Shown piece by piece: positions 13,189-26,710 of a stretch of 64,000 nt of DNA (positions are counted from its first letter, which is position 1; every line of letters begins with the position of its first letter). Below the pieces are notes generated by a model that did no database searches, was not told the origin of the DNA, and saw nothing but the letters and a program-made list of their open reading frames with translations. This stretch comes from Dendrobates tinctorius (Eukaryota): the NCBI RefSeq assembly GCF_039654945.1, contig NW_027361754.1, forward strand, positions 8,866,001 to 8,930,000, written 5' to 3'. Both the position numbers and the translations under genes were made by a program.

Positions 13189-16100
13189 GTATATATATTG
13201 CATTATTTTTTTTTTGTAGCATTTTGGATGACACTCGGCATACTTCTGATTGAATGGATGGTAAATACTAGATTAGTGGTGGTCCAACAACAGAGATCTC
13301 CTCCGATTGCCAGAATAAAGGGTCCCTTGCTATATTAACCTAGATCGCAATGATAAGGAGGGGTCCAAATGGGGCAGCAGACCTGCAGATGAAACGGTGG
13401 TCTACAGTACCACGATTTGGTGTTGGTAGGTTTCCTTTGGTGGGAACCAATTCACTTATTTCCCATTTAACCAATGGACAGGCAATAAATGCTTCAGACA
13501 GGAAGAACTTTTTAGAAATCTCCATCTTTAAATCGAGTGTGGGGCAAAGGATAGAAAGGGCCCTGCGAATATCAGATTGGGGTATTGATAAGACATGGCG
13601 CATTTGCTTCTGCCACCTTGTTGTTGCATGTGGTACAACAGGCCAACTCCTGCACATAAGTAGTGAAGCTCTGGTCAGATAAAGGAGGATTATTAATAAG
13701 GGGTAAAGCTTGACAGGAAAATCCCTTAGCGCTTTCTAATCCTATTAAATACTTATAGGTCATCCTTGGACATCCGCTGACGAATGGGAAGTCTCATCCG
13801 CTGGCAGGTAGGAGCATGCTGGGACATGGGGCCCTGCAGCAGCTGCAGGGCTTCATCATTATCTAGGGAGCGGGGTTCCTTTAAAAGTCAGTCATTGTTT
13901 TGTGCGGACTGCACAGCGCTGCCTCCTCATCGCTGCCCTTGACTGTGGCATTGAGTTTTGTGTCTGCAGATCTCGGTTTTCATTTCACTTTGTAGAAAGC
14001 AGCAGAACATCCCGGGGAGGGGGAAAGCGACTACGTAATCTCACCCAAGCGAATAGGACCGGAGTGTGATGACGCATCCTGCCCTCTAGGGGGAGAAGTT
14101 GCTCAATTCATCTTACAGTCAATTCAATAACTGCAGAAACTATTCCGCTCAGCATCATCGAGTGAGCATGTTTTCCGATATCTCTAGCGGAGGCTTAGCT
14201 CCTCGGAGAATAATTCGGTCATATTGAGAATCAACATGCCCAATCCTTCCCTATATCTGCTACTGCAGGCGAGATCCGAGACCCCCCCCCATTCACAATA
14301 GCTGGTCACCTCTGTACAGTGCCCTCCGCTACTGCCCACAAGCCCAGAAGTTTAGGACGGATTAGCCGGTGATTATATTTTAAAGGTGTTTTCCTAGAAT
14401 ATTTTTGTTTATGGTATTTTATGTACACTCCTCAGGTTTCTGCCCAGTGTGAATGAGCTTTAATCATCTACCTCAGGACCACCGCTGCTTTATTTTTTGT
14501 TCACTGGCTGCAACGTTAACATTGCAACGTATGACCGCTGCAGCCTGTTACTGGACTCAACAGTGATACTGATGTAGTGAAAACGACAACTCTGAGCCTA
14601 GTGACTGGCTGCAGCGGTCATCGTCATGTCACCAATGCAGCCTGTCAAAGACGGCATTGCACTGCGCAGGAACTGTGAACACAAAGCAGTCAGATTTTTA
14701 CTTTAAGGTATATGTCTATATGCAGACATATAATCTCCCCATTCCCGCTCCTGACGTTACCTGGCTCACATGGCATCACAGCTGACTGCCGCCATCACAA
14801 GTCAGGACATTGCACGTAAGGCACCCGTTGCAGTTAATTAAAATGTGTCGAGAGGGTTCGGCCCAGGCCGGTAAATTGCACTTTCTTAATTAAACTCCGT
14901 TCAGCAGATCTTTCACAAGCGCAGTGATGAGATTCCCAGACATCGCTACCAGGCCGTCCTCCGTCAGCCTTATACTACATTTTAGGCTATGAGAACATCT
15001 AAATGATTAGCGTAATCTGCTCCCCCGGGACAGACAGTCATTGCTAATTGCACGATTTTATTGTATATGATCTGCGCAGTGGTGACGAGATCCAACATCC
15101 ACTGCTGGATTATTGTCTCAGTCTATAAAACATTCACATTCAGGTAAGAGCAGATTCCTTCAGTTGCAGTAACTTGGATAATTGTGCGTCAGCAGAAAAT
15201 CCAAGACGCTCGCCCAGAGCGAGGGAGGACAGCGACATGATGAGTGATCGCCTGATCCATGAAGAGTGCTGCGGGGACACCTGGTGGTCAGTAAAGGTAA
15301 ACAAAAAAGAAAGAACTGCTGCAATGTCACAAAGTAACTGCTGGATGTACCCCGACTCCATTACAGCCACTCATTGATCCTCCATCAGAACAGGGGACTG
15401 GGTGACACATTGCAATTCATACACTAGGGCAGACACGCTAAATACATCACTGGGGAGAACTGTCTACAGATGAAAGCTGGGCTTACACTGCACAAAATAC
15501 ACAGAAGTATCAGTAACAGATCTGCAGCACATCACTGATTACAACTAAGGTGTGCACATTAAAAACATCTGTGTCACGAGATGGCTCCGATTTTTGTGAG
15601 GACAGTTTTCTTAATTTTAATGACTCCATTCAATTCATCATATAAGCCACTAAAAAAAAAAAAAAATTAGAAATGAGTTCCCAGTAATGTGAACTTTTAC
15701 TTAGTTTATTGTTTGGTGGAGGGTGCAAGTTTTTTTTTTTTTTTTTTTTTTACTACTTAAAAGGGAATCTGTCACCTATTTTTTGTACATAAGCAGCAGC
15801 CACTGCCATCAGAGGCTTATCTACAGCATTCTGTAATGCTGTAGATAAGCCCCCGATGTAACCTGAAAGATAAGAAAAACAAGTTATATTATACTAACCC
15901 AGGGTCCGGTCCGATGGGTGTCGCGGGTCCAGTCCGGCGCCTTCTATCTTCATGCGATGACATCCTCTTGCTTGCAGCCTGTCGCGGCTCCTGCGCAGGT
16001 GTAATTCTCTGCTCTGCAGTGCACAGGCGCCAGGAAAGGTCAGAGAGGCCCAGCGCCTGCGCACTGCAGTACTCTGCTCTGCCCTCAACAGGGCAGAGAA

Positions 16101-18137
16101 TTACACCTGCGCAGGAGCCACCCAAGGAAGCAAGGAGGAGGACGTCAGCGCATGAAGATGGGAGGCGCCGGACCGGACTGCCCCTGGGTGAGTATAATAT
16201 AACGTGTTTTTCTTATCTTTCAGGTTACATCGGGGGCTTATCTACAGCATTACAGAATGCTGCAGATAAGCCCCTAATGGCGGTGGCTGCAGCTTATATA
16301 TGAAAAAATAGGTGACAGATTCCCTTTAAAACAAAAACCATATTTCACCATCTAAAGGATGCTGATCGATAAACACATTTTATACAGACGCGCTTTTTAT
16401 TAGTACCTTTAGGAAACTTGAACCTGTGATCACACGATCGCGTAATTTTGCATTAGGCTGCGATTTTGCATTATCTCCTACGAAGCAAAGGTGCAGGGGG
16501 CTTCATTAGTGTACACATATGGGAGAGATGGGGGTCTCCAATAGGAATCGGCTGCCATGATAATACACGCCATTGGCCCGCAGGATGCCGAGAAGGCGCA
16601 GTAAGTAACAAAAATGAAATAGTTTTTAGCTACTTAAATGTCGCTGTCACTATTGACAGGCAAAATTAAAGATGAAAAGGGAAGGTTTCATCAGGAAATG
16701 AAGATCTATTGTTTAAACCACATGTTTAAGTTACAAATTTTTTTTTTTTTTTTTTATAATAATTTTTGGCATTTTTTACATATGATCTGTATGAGGAGGA
16801 AAAAAAAAAAAAAAAAAAAAACAGAAAATGCAGTTTTCACACTGGCAATTTGGGTAAGTTTAGACGCATACGTCCAATGTTGTTTTTTTGTGTTTTTTTT
16901 TATATTAAAAGGGGACTCATCATCACAGCCAGGATTATAATTACTGATAACACCTCTATTTACAGTAGATAACACAGGATCCACCATTCACAATAGGTGA
17001 TGTCACAGGTCACCTCCTCCTCCTGTACAATGACTGATAACCCCTCTATATACAATAGATAATACAGGAACCACCATTCACAATAGGTGATGTCACAGCT
17101 CACCTCCTCCTCCTGTACAATGACTGATAACCCCTTTATATACAGTAGATAACACAGGATCCACCGTTCACAGTAGGTGATGTCACAGGTCACCTCCTCC
17201 TGTACAATGACTGATAACCCCTCTATATACAGTAGATAACACAGGATCCACCATTCACAATAGGTGATGTTACAACTCACCTCCTCCTCCTGTACAACGA
17301 CTGATAACCCCTTTATATACAGTAGATAACACAGGATCCACCATTCACAGTAGGTGATGTCACAGGGCACCTTCTCCTCCTGTACAATGACTGATAACAC
17401 CTCCAAATACAGTACAAACACAGGAGCCAACATCCAAAATAGATGATGTCACACCTCACCTCCTCCTCCAGTTCATGACATTTGCACATGATCATTACAT
17501 GCTTTAATAAAATAGGTTCACACAATTTCTAATGTGGAGAAATCCCTTTAATCTAATAATTGCATAGAATGACCAGACAGGGTCAGGGTTATGGGAGAAT
17601 TTTCAAAAAATTTCTTTGTATCTGTTTAAAAAAATAAATAAATTGCATAAAACGTAATTACTATTAGATATTATTAATAGAACATAAGAATAAAAGAAAA
17701 AGAACAAACAGGTGAGGACATCGCCAGAGCCATGATGGTGTGAGGGCAGACGCTGCACTCCCACCATTGGTGCTGTGTTGCACGTACCTTGATCGATCGA
17801 GTGCTGAGGCAGCTGACTAAGCTGGCTATTGACCACTCCGGCATATGTCCGCAGGAACGCCTCTTCACTGGGCGTCAACTACGTGAAAATGAAAAAAAAT
17901 AATAAACCAAATATACAATTTAGTGAATCTGGATATCTGAGCAACCAAATATATAATTATGAATCCAGATATCTGAGCAACCATACACAACAGCACCTAA
18001 AGCCAACAAAGGTACTCCCACTGCATGAAACAAATACTCACGTTGGAGCCCATTTTCCGCAGCATGAGTAAGACCCGCACCTTCTGCTGAACATACATTT
18101 CATCCGGACTCTTCCCGGGGGCCCCCTCACGGTTCAT
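10092..18137 (-). CDS. CTNNBIP1: Beta-catenin-interacting protein 1 (ICAT); spliced CDS complement(join 18042..18137, 17788..17878, 10092..10150), 81 aa
   Basis: 96+91+59=246 nt, all GT-AG. Translation MNREGAPGKSPDEMYVQQKVRVLLMLRKMGSNLTPSEEAFLRTYAGVVNSQLSQLPQHSIDQGAEDVVMAFSRSEAEDRRQ* is recognisably vertebrate ICAT. Confidence 0.97.
15762..16325. mobile_element. TTAA-site MITE (Kolobok/T2-like) with long TIRs
   Basis: ttaaaagggaatctgtcacctatttt ... aaaataggtgacagattccctttaa; near-complete palindrome. Confidence 0.88.
16940..17470. repeat. ~90-bp tandem repeat, ~5.5 copies, in CTNNBIP1 intron
   Basis: Unit tacagtagataacacaggatccaccattcacaataggtgatgtcacaggtcacctcctcctcctgtacaatgactgataacccctctata at 16961, 17051, 17141... 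Confidence 0.95.
17788..17878 (-). CDS. CTNNBIP1: CTNNBIP1 coding exon 2
   Basis: LTPSEEAFLRTYAGVVNSQLSQLPQHSIDQ(G); acceptor ttttcacgtag, donor gtacgt. Confidence 0.96.
18042..18137 (-). CDS. CTNNBIP1: CTNNBIP1 coding exon 1 (exon begins at 18154 with 17 nt of 5' UTR)
   Basis: MNREGAPGKSPDEMYVQQKVRVLLMLRKMGSN; acceptor ttacag (AG at 18156-18155); donor GTGAGT at 18041. Confidence 0.96.
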
Positions 18138-18276
18138 ACCCCCTGCCCTGCTCCCTGTAAGAAGAAGTAAGCCTTCAGTAAAATGACAATAGGCGCATAC
18201 ATAGTGATGGTCAGAGGGAGCAGACACAGCCGCACTGCCATTTATCACCACAAGATGGCAATGTTCTCATGTCTAA

Positions 18277-18652
18277 AGGGCATGTCACACTAAGAGATAT
18301 CGCTAGCAATATCGCTATAACTTGTGACGTTATAGCGATATTGCTAGCGATATCGCTGTGTCTGATACTTACCTACAACCCGCTCCCCCGCTGCTTATCG
18401 CTGGAGAACGTCCTGGACTGTTTCTCGTCGTCAGCTTCCTGCTGTGACGACGAGCGACGCGTGGAGCCGGGCGGGAGGACGCAGGATCGCCGCGTCTGAC
18501 AGGTAAGTAGCGACCCCCGACCCCAGCGATGTCGCTGGTGAGATCTGCCTGTGTGGCAGCTCACTAGCGACCACTTAGCGATGCACCAGCGATCCTGACC
18601 GCCACATATCGCTGGTCGGATCGCTGGTGCATCGCTAAGTGTGACAGTACCT
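18277..18652 (+). mobile_element. Palindromic MITE family A, copy 3 (TAA TSD, Harbinger-like)
   Basis: taa|agggcatgtcacact ... agtgtgacagtacct|taa. Confidence 0.88.
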
Positions 18653-21106
18653 TAACACCATATCCAGCAAAGGCTTCAGGCAAAATCAACCAGTTTTGTA
18701 TTTACAGCATTCACTGTACAGTAACAATGACCCCATAACATAATTCTTGAGATCAGTGCGATTACAAAAATATCAAATGTAGGCTACGTTCCCACGATGA
18801 GTTTGTATTTTTTTTTTCTTTTTTAAAATGCAAGTGACCCATCTTACATAATGGGTATAGAAAATCTGCAATATCTGCAATATCAAAAACTCACCAAAAA
18901 GCTCAGTGGGAAATTAGCCTTACGCAGGATTTTTTACATTTTTGACTCCTTTCAGTCCTATAGGCACGGCCATAGTAATTACACACCACTCGCCCCAGCA
19001 CATTGACCCCTTGATTTACACAGATGTCAGAGTGCCGTTGCTCACGGTTTAGTGAGCGGTGACTGTAGCCACCCCAGCCTCATCACTGTGACTGAAAGCA
19101 GCGGCTCCCAGGAGGATAAAAATGCATTTTCTCCAGATAGCCGCACTTTCAGCATGGTGGCCAAGTATCAGTAGAAGGCTGGAATCACACCAGCATCTGG
19201 CATCGGATGCAATATGATAACGACATTCGGCTCAAACTCCGCAGCGAGCGGGAGCCGAGTGTAAGTGCTCCGATCCTCTTGCATTACAGGATCGGAGCAC
19301 AGCTACGAACAAGATAGAGAAAGTAATTTCCCCATCTCCTCCATGGCCTGACGCGCTGCGCTGTATATTGAACTGCACTGGGGTGACATCCGAGTGCAGC
19401 CCGATGTTTCACTCGCACCCATAGACTTGTATGGGTGTGTGAACAGAGTTTCGATGCCAATCTCAACATGCTGCCGAATTATCATGAGAAAATAATCGCA
19501 GATGTGATCTGCCGCATAGTATAACACTGAATCGAGTGCTATGCAATGTTTCATCACATTCTACTAGGCCGTGTTATACAGTAGTGTGACGCCGGTCTAA
19601 TACCAATTACCTGCAGATTAACCCTATATTTGCAGGTAAATAATATTTTTAGAGGTTACAGGTTCCCTTTAATGTACATGTGAGATCTGGTGGAATCGTG
19701 TAGACATACCTCTTTCCTGATGGGTCTTCTAGGTGCAGCCAGTAGGATGGTATGGAGGGGGACCCTGCAAAAAAAAAATAATGGGTAAACCACATAACAG
19801 GAATAAAACCCTCAAGTATCCCCCAGAGACATCAGTACTTCACACAGCACAGGAAGGCGCAAAGTCCCTATCACAGACAGGGCTAAACTGCAATCTGAAG
19901 CGAGGGTTAAACTGTCACATACAGGACAGGCAGTCATCGGCAGCACTGGAGAGGGGTCACCCCCAATGTTATATGATGGCACAAAACCAACGACCTTCCC
20001 ACAAGAGGTTATTACTGCTGGTGACGGCAATCCCTCAGGACTGGAGACGTCCATACATTCAGCTCTTATGGTAACACATTTCTCATATCGCTTCTTAAAT
20101 TACAGTTCCGATAGCAGCTGTCCGGCAGCCTAAGAATCCGCCCGTCCCCTCGGCCCGGAGATCACATTCACCAGGTCACATCATTAAGAGGAGTATTGGA
20201 AAAGACTTGTCGCATCAGCGAAAAACTCTTTGCAATCATCGAATATAACCCTTCATCGTTTAAGCTGGCCTTACAGAGATGACAACCGAACCATGAAAGA
20301 TTATTCATCGGTCGTAAGACTCCTCGTACACACGTCCAATTACATTGTACAAACATAGTAATAATTTTACTTCTATAACATATTCAGCAGCACTTTACAA
20401 TTAAGCGGGGACATGTACAGACAATAAAGGCTTCACAAAGTACCTACAATAGTGAATAAAGGCTGGTTAAATATCCGATTTTCAGAGGACCAAAAAAAAA
20501 TTATATCTTTCTCTCTGTATATATATCTATCAATCTGATGGCACTCGGTTACCATCCAAGTGCAGTCTGATTGTCACAAACTGTTTGATAGACAGTGGAG
20601 ACACTTGTTCATGTATGAGGAAAACTGATGAAATCTGCGCCAAACTCAGACTGGTAATCTTTTTATTTTATTTTTTTTATTCACGCACAAGAAAAACTAA
20701 GAAAAGAAAGAAAAACTGACGTGTGAATGAGCCCCAATATGACACAGAGTGTGCCATTGTTCCTTGGTGTACAGCTTCATTGTCAGCTGCCGGTTTACAA
20801 GGGGCAACGCCAACAAGCATTTTATCAATGATCTCGCCGGTCATCAGACACACTTAAAAGGACCATGTAATCATGTGCCTGATTACTGGCCTGCAAAACA
20901 AGAGCAGGCAGGTCCACGTCACCCTGTGTAAGCCTGCCATGTGCTGCAAACATTACTGAAACTAAGCAAACAAATGCCAACACCTCGGTCATACACAGGG
21001 CCGGTGATTGCTCAGTGGTAATGAGCCTAAACGAGCGCTGAGGGAGCTTAGTTTCAGACAAATTCTGCGCTTATAAAAGGAGCCCCCGATATTACGCCGC
21101 TGCAGT

Positions 21107-21830
21107 CATAGAATCATAGAATCGTAGAGTTGGAAGGGACCTCCTGGGCCATCTGGTCCAACCCCCTGCTCAAAGCAGGATTCTCTAAATCATCCCAGTC
21201 AGATATCTGTCCAGCCTCTGTTTGAAGACTTCCATTGAAGGAGAACTCACCACCTCTCGTGGCAGCTTGTTCCACTCACTGATCTCTCTGTCAAAAAGTT
21301 TTTTCTAATATCTAATCTGTGTCTCCTCCCATTCAGTTTCATCCCATTGCTTCTAATCTTTTCTTGTGCAAATGAGAATATAGATGATCCTTCTACAATG
21401 TGACAGCCCTTTAGATATTTGTAGACAGCTATTAAGTCTCCTCTCAGTCTTCTCTTTTGCAAACTAAAAAATCCCAAATCCTGCAACCTTTCCTCATAAG
21501 ACAGGGTTTGCAGACCGGTCACCATTCTGGTTGCTCTTTTCTGAACTTGCTCCAGTTTGTTGATGCCTTTTTTAAAATGTGGTGCCCAAAACTGGACACA
21601 GTATTCCAGATGAGGTCTGACCAAAGAGGAGTAGAGGGAAATAATGACTTCACGTGATCTAGACTGTATGCTTCTGTTAATACATCCTAGAATTGCATTT
21701 GCCTTTTTTGCTGCTGCATCACACTGTTGACTCATATTCAGTCTGTGATCTATTAGTATACCCAAGTCTTTTTCACATGTGCTGTTGCTTAGCCCTATTC
21801 CTCCCATTCTGTATATGCTTTTTTCATTTT
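21107..21830 (-). mobile_element. CR1 LINE 3' fragment
   Basis: ORF 21247-21807 with EKDLGILID, LYSSLVRPHLEYCVQFW and LRGDLIAVYKYLKG; 3' (ATTCTATG)n repeat seen as catagaatcatagaat at ~21107. Confidence 0.95.
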
Positions 21831-24469
21831 TAGTCAGGCCCCCTATATACCATGTGCGGGGTGCATCTACTCATACATGTTTAGCAATATGGCACTGCAC
21901 AGTGAAGGGGCAGCTGCTACATCAGTGCAGGTTATCATTATCTGCCGGGGGTGAGTCAGGCAGACCCCCATACACAGTAGATTGTCAGCTCATTCCAATG
22001 GGTTTGGCCAATGTTAATCTAACGTGTGTTGGGACCATTAAAAGGAGGTGTTGTAATCTTCTGTCTTCAGGAGCACGCTGCTACTTTTCCTCCCGGCTTC
22101 CTGGTGTCCAGTGCGGACCGTTCAGACTAGCTGCAGCGGTGGTCCAGCCCAACTGCTTTCCTATGCTGCTAGCAGAAGCACAAGGGGACAGAAGATGACT
22201 GAATCCGCTCAGCTTCACGGCAGCACTTGTAGGCTGTAAAGCATGGACTCTGCTCGTGCCGCGAGCTCCAGCCACTCAGACTGCAGAGGTGGCCAGTAAC
22301 ATACGCAAGAACTGTACACCACCAAATTACAAATGCCTCTGTTCTTTATAACAAAGAAGATTTTTAACAAGAGGTAAAATACAAAGTTGCGTGTTTCCAA
22401 TCCCCAATTTTAACTATTTAAGAACTGTCCATTTGTGTTTCACGTGGTGACAGCACAAGGCGGTCAGCCATCATCTGACATGATGTTTAGCTTTGGAGAA
22501 CTATGGAGGACTCATAATTACAGAGTCACAAAGAAAGGCAAGTGACACCTAAAGCACGAGACCCCTGTGGCCAGAGATTGGCTGCAGCAGTTACTATATT
22601 ATCACATCATTTACTGTTCAGCAAATCCCCTTTATCTCCCAGGTCATTGACTGAACACAACTGCAGAAAACAGGGTTAGAAAAAGGAAATAAAATTGCAA
22701 AATTTCCTATATGATTCTTAATAAAGTCTTTATTGACATAAACATGAAGACCCCCTATGCTTCCAATATCACGGTGAGGTTCTGTTCACACTGCTGTCAT
22801 GGAGCTCAAGGCACACCTGTGCTAGAAACCATGAATCTTCTTTGCCACAAAATGACTGCACAACAGAACACAGAGATAAAAGACAAGGTCCAAATATTAT
22901 AATAGGCATGTACTATTACACAACACAGGTCTGGAGACGCTGGAATAGTCTAGAAATTCATGGGCACAACACTAGGTCTGGCACCGCGGCCCGGTCATTA
23001 GCTGGGCCTAGTGGGAAGATCCTAGAGAGGTGCACGTCATTCATATCACAGGGCAAGTGGCTGTGAGAAGAGTAACTTAATGAGCCCTGCCTCTAGAAGA
23101 ATATGTAAGCGACCCATAGCTTCCTACTGGAAATGAAGACCTCCATCCTCAGGATGAGCTTATGTTACAGGCAGCTGCGGAGCCGAATCCCCTGCCCTGG
23201 TGAAAGACAGCAGCTGTCTGTATGAGAGTGACAGCGCTGATGACAGTGTGCCAGTCTGCTGCCAGGGTCGCACCTCAGGACTGTGTGGGAAGAGCACGAT
23301 TATAATGTCCCGTGTGATCAGAGACCCTCTTGCTCAGCGCCAGCAGCACTAATACCCAACTACATCTGCCGCTGGTAACACAATGGCCGGTGTCTGATGT
23401 GGACATAAGATGGCACTCAGTGCGGGGTGCCATCAGAGCGGCTGTGTGAATGCTGGCAAAGTGAAGGGCGCTACAAAAAGGGGCTGTTACGGCATTTGGA
23501 AGAAAATAAGGAAAAAACAAAAGTGCAAAAACTGCCCAATTGTAAAGTAGCTAAAAAGCTGATCTAATCAAGACGCCCCCTTTTTGGCCCAGGTCACGCC
23601 AGGAACATAGCGAATATTACTGGAGGAAATGACAATGAACTGCAGCAGTCATGAAGATGATGGTTGGAGTCTGCCAGACCCGCTCTCCCGTGTTATAAGG
23701 CCCCTTTGCCTGTAGAGCAGTGGTCCCCAAGAGATCATGTTTTCAGGATTTCCTTAGTATTGCCACATTCAGCCCAATGCAGGCCCGGGACCTGACACAG
23801 ATCCATTCTCCCTGACTTGGGTCATTATAAGGGTTTATGGTATTTGAAGTCTGAAATGCTGCATTTGCATATATTTCACGATAAGCAAAAATGCAATGTA
23901 AAATCACTCATCATATAATAGACATACCTAGGTGAGCCGCCAGGCCAAAGACTGCAGAATTGAAGCATTGTGAAAAAGCGCTTGGTTAGTTTGCAAAAAT
24001 CGTCAGAAATCTAAACCTGCGGGATCCATGGTGACACATCCCAGCTGTGGAGACTTGCACATGTCACTATGCTGTAAGGTAGCTCAATGCTGTGATTCTT
24101 GGCTGTGCAGACCTGGCATAATCTAGACGATCTTCATCAGACATAGGGGGCACGTGTCTAGGGATGGGGGCTGCATATTGTTCAAGTTCTTGGAAAACTT
24201 ACACGACAAAAAACATTTGTGAAACTTTCTGTGGCACCACTATTTTGAATTAAAATCGTATATTAAAGAACACGTTCTCTCCACGTTATCAATATTAGAT
24301 GTAAACACTCATTCATTGTATGCACATCACATAATATACCGTCACTGGCACATAGATGTGTTCATGTGTTGTGAGAAAGCAGGTCCTGTATGTACAATGC
24401 ACAGAACAAACACATATATAACATGTATGTATGTGACTCTAGTGTAGATCACATCATGTGCATGTAAGT

Positions 24470-25520
24470 ACCAGGCACTGCTCATCACCTGCCCAATACA
24501 ATCCCAACAGTGAAACATGGTGGTGGCAGCATCATGCTATGGGGGTGTTTTTCAGCTGCAGGGACAGGACGACTGGTTGAAATTGAAGGAAACATGAATG
24601 CGGCCAAGTACAGATATCCTGGATGAAAACCTCTTTCAGAGTGCTCTGGACCTCAGACCTGGCCAAAGGTTCACCTTCCAACAAGACAATGACCCTAAGC
24701 ACACAGCTAAAATAGCAAAGGAGTGGCTTCAGAACAACTCTGATCATCCTTGACTGGCCCAGCCAGAGCAATGACCTGAACTCAATTGAGCATTTCTGGA
24801 GAGACCTGAAAATGGCTGTTCACCAACGTTCACAAAAAAAACTCATACCACAAGATATGGCCTTCCCAAAACCCTGTCTGATGACAAATGCACATATAGC
24901 AGGATGCAGCAGGCCTCCACTAATAAAGGCAAGGGGCAGCTCAGGTGCAAACTACTGATAAAAACAACCACCCCACACCTACCAGACCATGGAGGGGTTG
25001 GCTGCCTAGTAGAAAAAATGCACATAGATAAGGCTTGCATAGGACGCCAGTCACACAGGCAAGTGTTATGCAAAGTGTCTGGCATGCAACCTATTAATGA
25101 CGCCCATAGTATTATCAGGCGGGCTGCTCCAGCACTATAATATGCAACACACAGTGACAGACACCCCAATAGACCAAGCCAACGTTCACCATCCTACCTG
25201 GCGGAACTGCAGAGGATCTGCAAGGAAGAATGGAAGAGGATTCCCAAATCCAAGTGTGAAAAACTTGATGCAGCATTCCCAAGGAGATTCATGGCTGTAC
25301 TGGCTCAAAGGGTGCTTCTACTCAATAATGAGCAAAGGGTCTGAATACTTATGGCCATGTGATATTTGTTTTTCTTTTTTAATAAATTTGCAAAAATTTC
25401 TACCTGTCTGTTTGTTTCAGTCAAGATGGGGTGCAGAGTGTACATTAATGAGAAAAAAATGAACTTTTTTGAATTTACCAATTGACTGCAATGAAACAAA
25501 GAGTGAAAAATTTAAAGGGG
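24470..25520 (+). mobile_element. 5'-truncated Tc1 copy (same family as 57482-59099) containing a 345-bp insertion
   Basis: [12 protein letters not shown] and FQQDNDPKH coding remnants; right-end sequence matches the 57482 element; runs into the gap. Confidence 0.85.
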
Positions 25521-25703
25521 NNNNNNNNNNNNNNNNNNNNNNNNNNNNNNNNNNNNNNNNNNNNNNNNNNNNNNNNNNNNNNNNNNNNNNNNNNNNNNNN
25601 NNNNNNNNNNNNNNNNNNNNNNNNNNNNNNNNNNNNNNNNNNNNNNNNNNNNNNNNNNNNNNNNNNNNNNNNNNNNNNNNNNNNNNNNNNNNNNNNNNNN
25701 NNN
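25521..25703. other. Assembly gap (183 N)
   Basis: Run of N between a Tc1 TIR and a TcMar MITE. Confidence 1.
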
Positions 25704-26651
25704 ACGCACTTTTTTCCCCCAAAAATTTGGGGGGAAAACAGGGGTGCGTCTTACAAAGCGGACATGCCTTACCTAGGCTGTGATCGGGGGCGTCCGGCGG
25801 TTGCTGGCCGCTGCTGCGGGTGTGTCCGGTGCCGCGTTGTGTGCCCGTCGATGCCCGGGGCTCTGCCAACATTGAGCGACAGGCCAGAGCCCCGGCATTT
25901 CCTCAGTTCCCTGTGTGCCGGTAAAAAGATGGCCGCCGGCGCGTGCGCAGATGGGATCTCGGGACCCAGTTCTCGAGAGATGAGATTTGAAATCTCATCT
26001 CTCGAGAGGTGGGTCCCGAGATCCCATCTGCGCACGCGCCGGCGGCCATTTTCCCTGGGTTCCCTGTGTGCGCGCGGTGGTGCCTGCAAAAAAATGGCCG
26101 CCGCGCGTGCGCAGATGGGATCTCGGGATCCAGCTCTCGAGAGATGAGATTTCAGATCTCATCTCTCGAGAACTGGTCCCGAGATCCCATCTGCGCACGC
26201 GCCGGCGGCCATTTTTTTTTTACCGGCACTTCAGCGCACATATACAGGGAACCGAGGAAATGCTGGGGCTCTGGTCTGTCAAACAATGTCGGCAGAGCCC
26301 CGGGCATCGATGGGCACACAACGCCGCACCGGAGCACCCGCAGCACCGGCCTCCAACCGCCGGACAAGTGGAGAAACCTGACACCAGCACAAGACTCTGC
26401 AGCAGCAACAGCACACATCGGAGCCCCCCCTCATCCCTGAATGCGGCCTGCAGCATCACTCCACGCCTGCCTCCTCCAGCAGCGAGCCTGGGATCCCTCT
26501 ACACCGCAGCCACCAACCGCGGTAAGCAATAAGATGCAAGGATTATAAGAGGCACCACCATTTTATTAAAAAATATTTTTTTCTTATTTTTCTCCTCAAA
26601 AATTGTGGTGCGTCTTATAATCCGGAGCGTCTTATAAAGCGAAAAATACGG
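25704..26651. mobile_element. GC-rich palindromic non-autonomous TcMar (Tc2/pogo-like) element; left end lost in gap
   Basis: Right end gcgtcttataaagcgaaaaatacgg|TA; repeated gcgtcttata motifs; internal palindromes centred at ~25987 and ~26152. Confidence 0.7.
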
Positions 26652-26710
26652 TATATATATTTATTGTGAGCAGGGTCCTCATTCCTCTTGGTATCTGTTA
26701 TGATCTATGT

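Noticed and set aside
25417-26532. Several long overlapping ORFs
   Set aside because: They run through N gaps or GC-rich palindromic MITE sequence.
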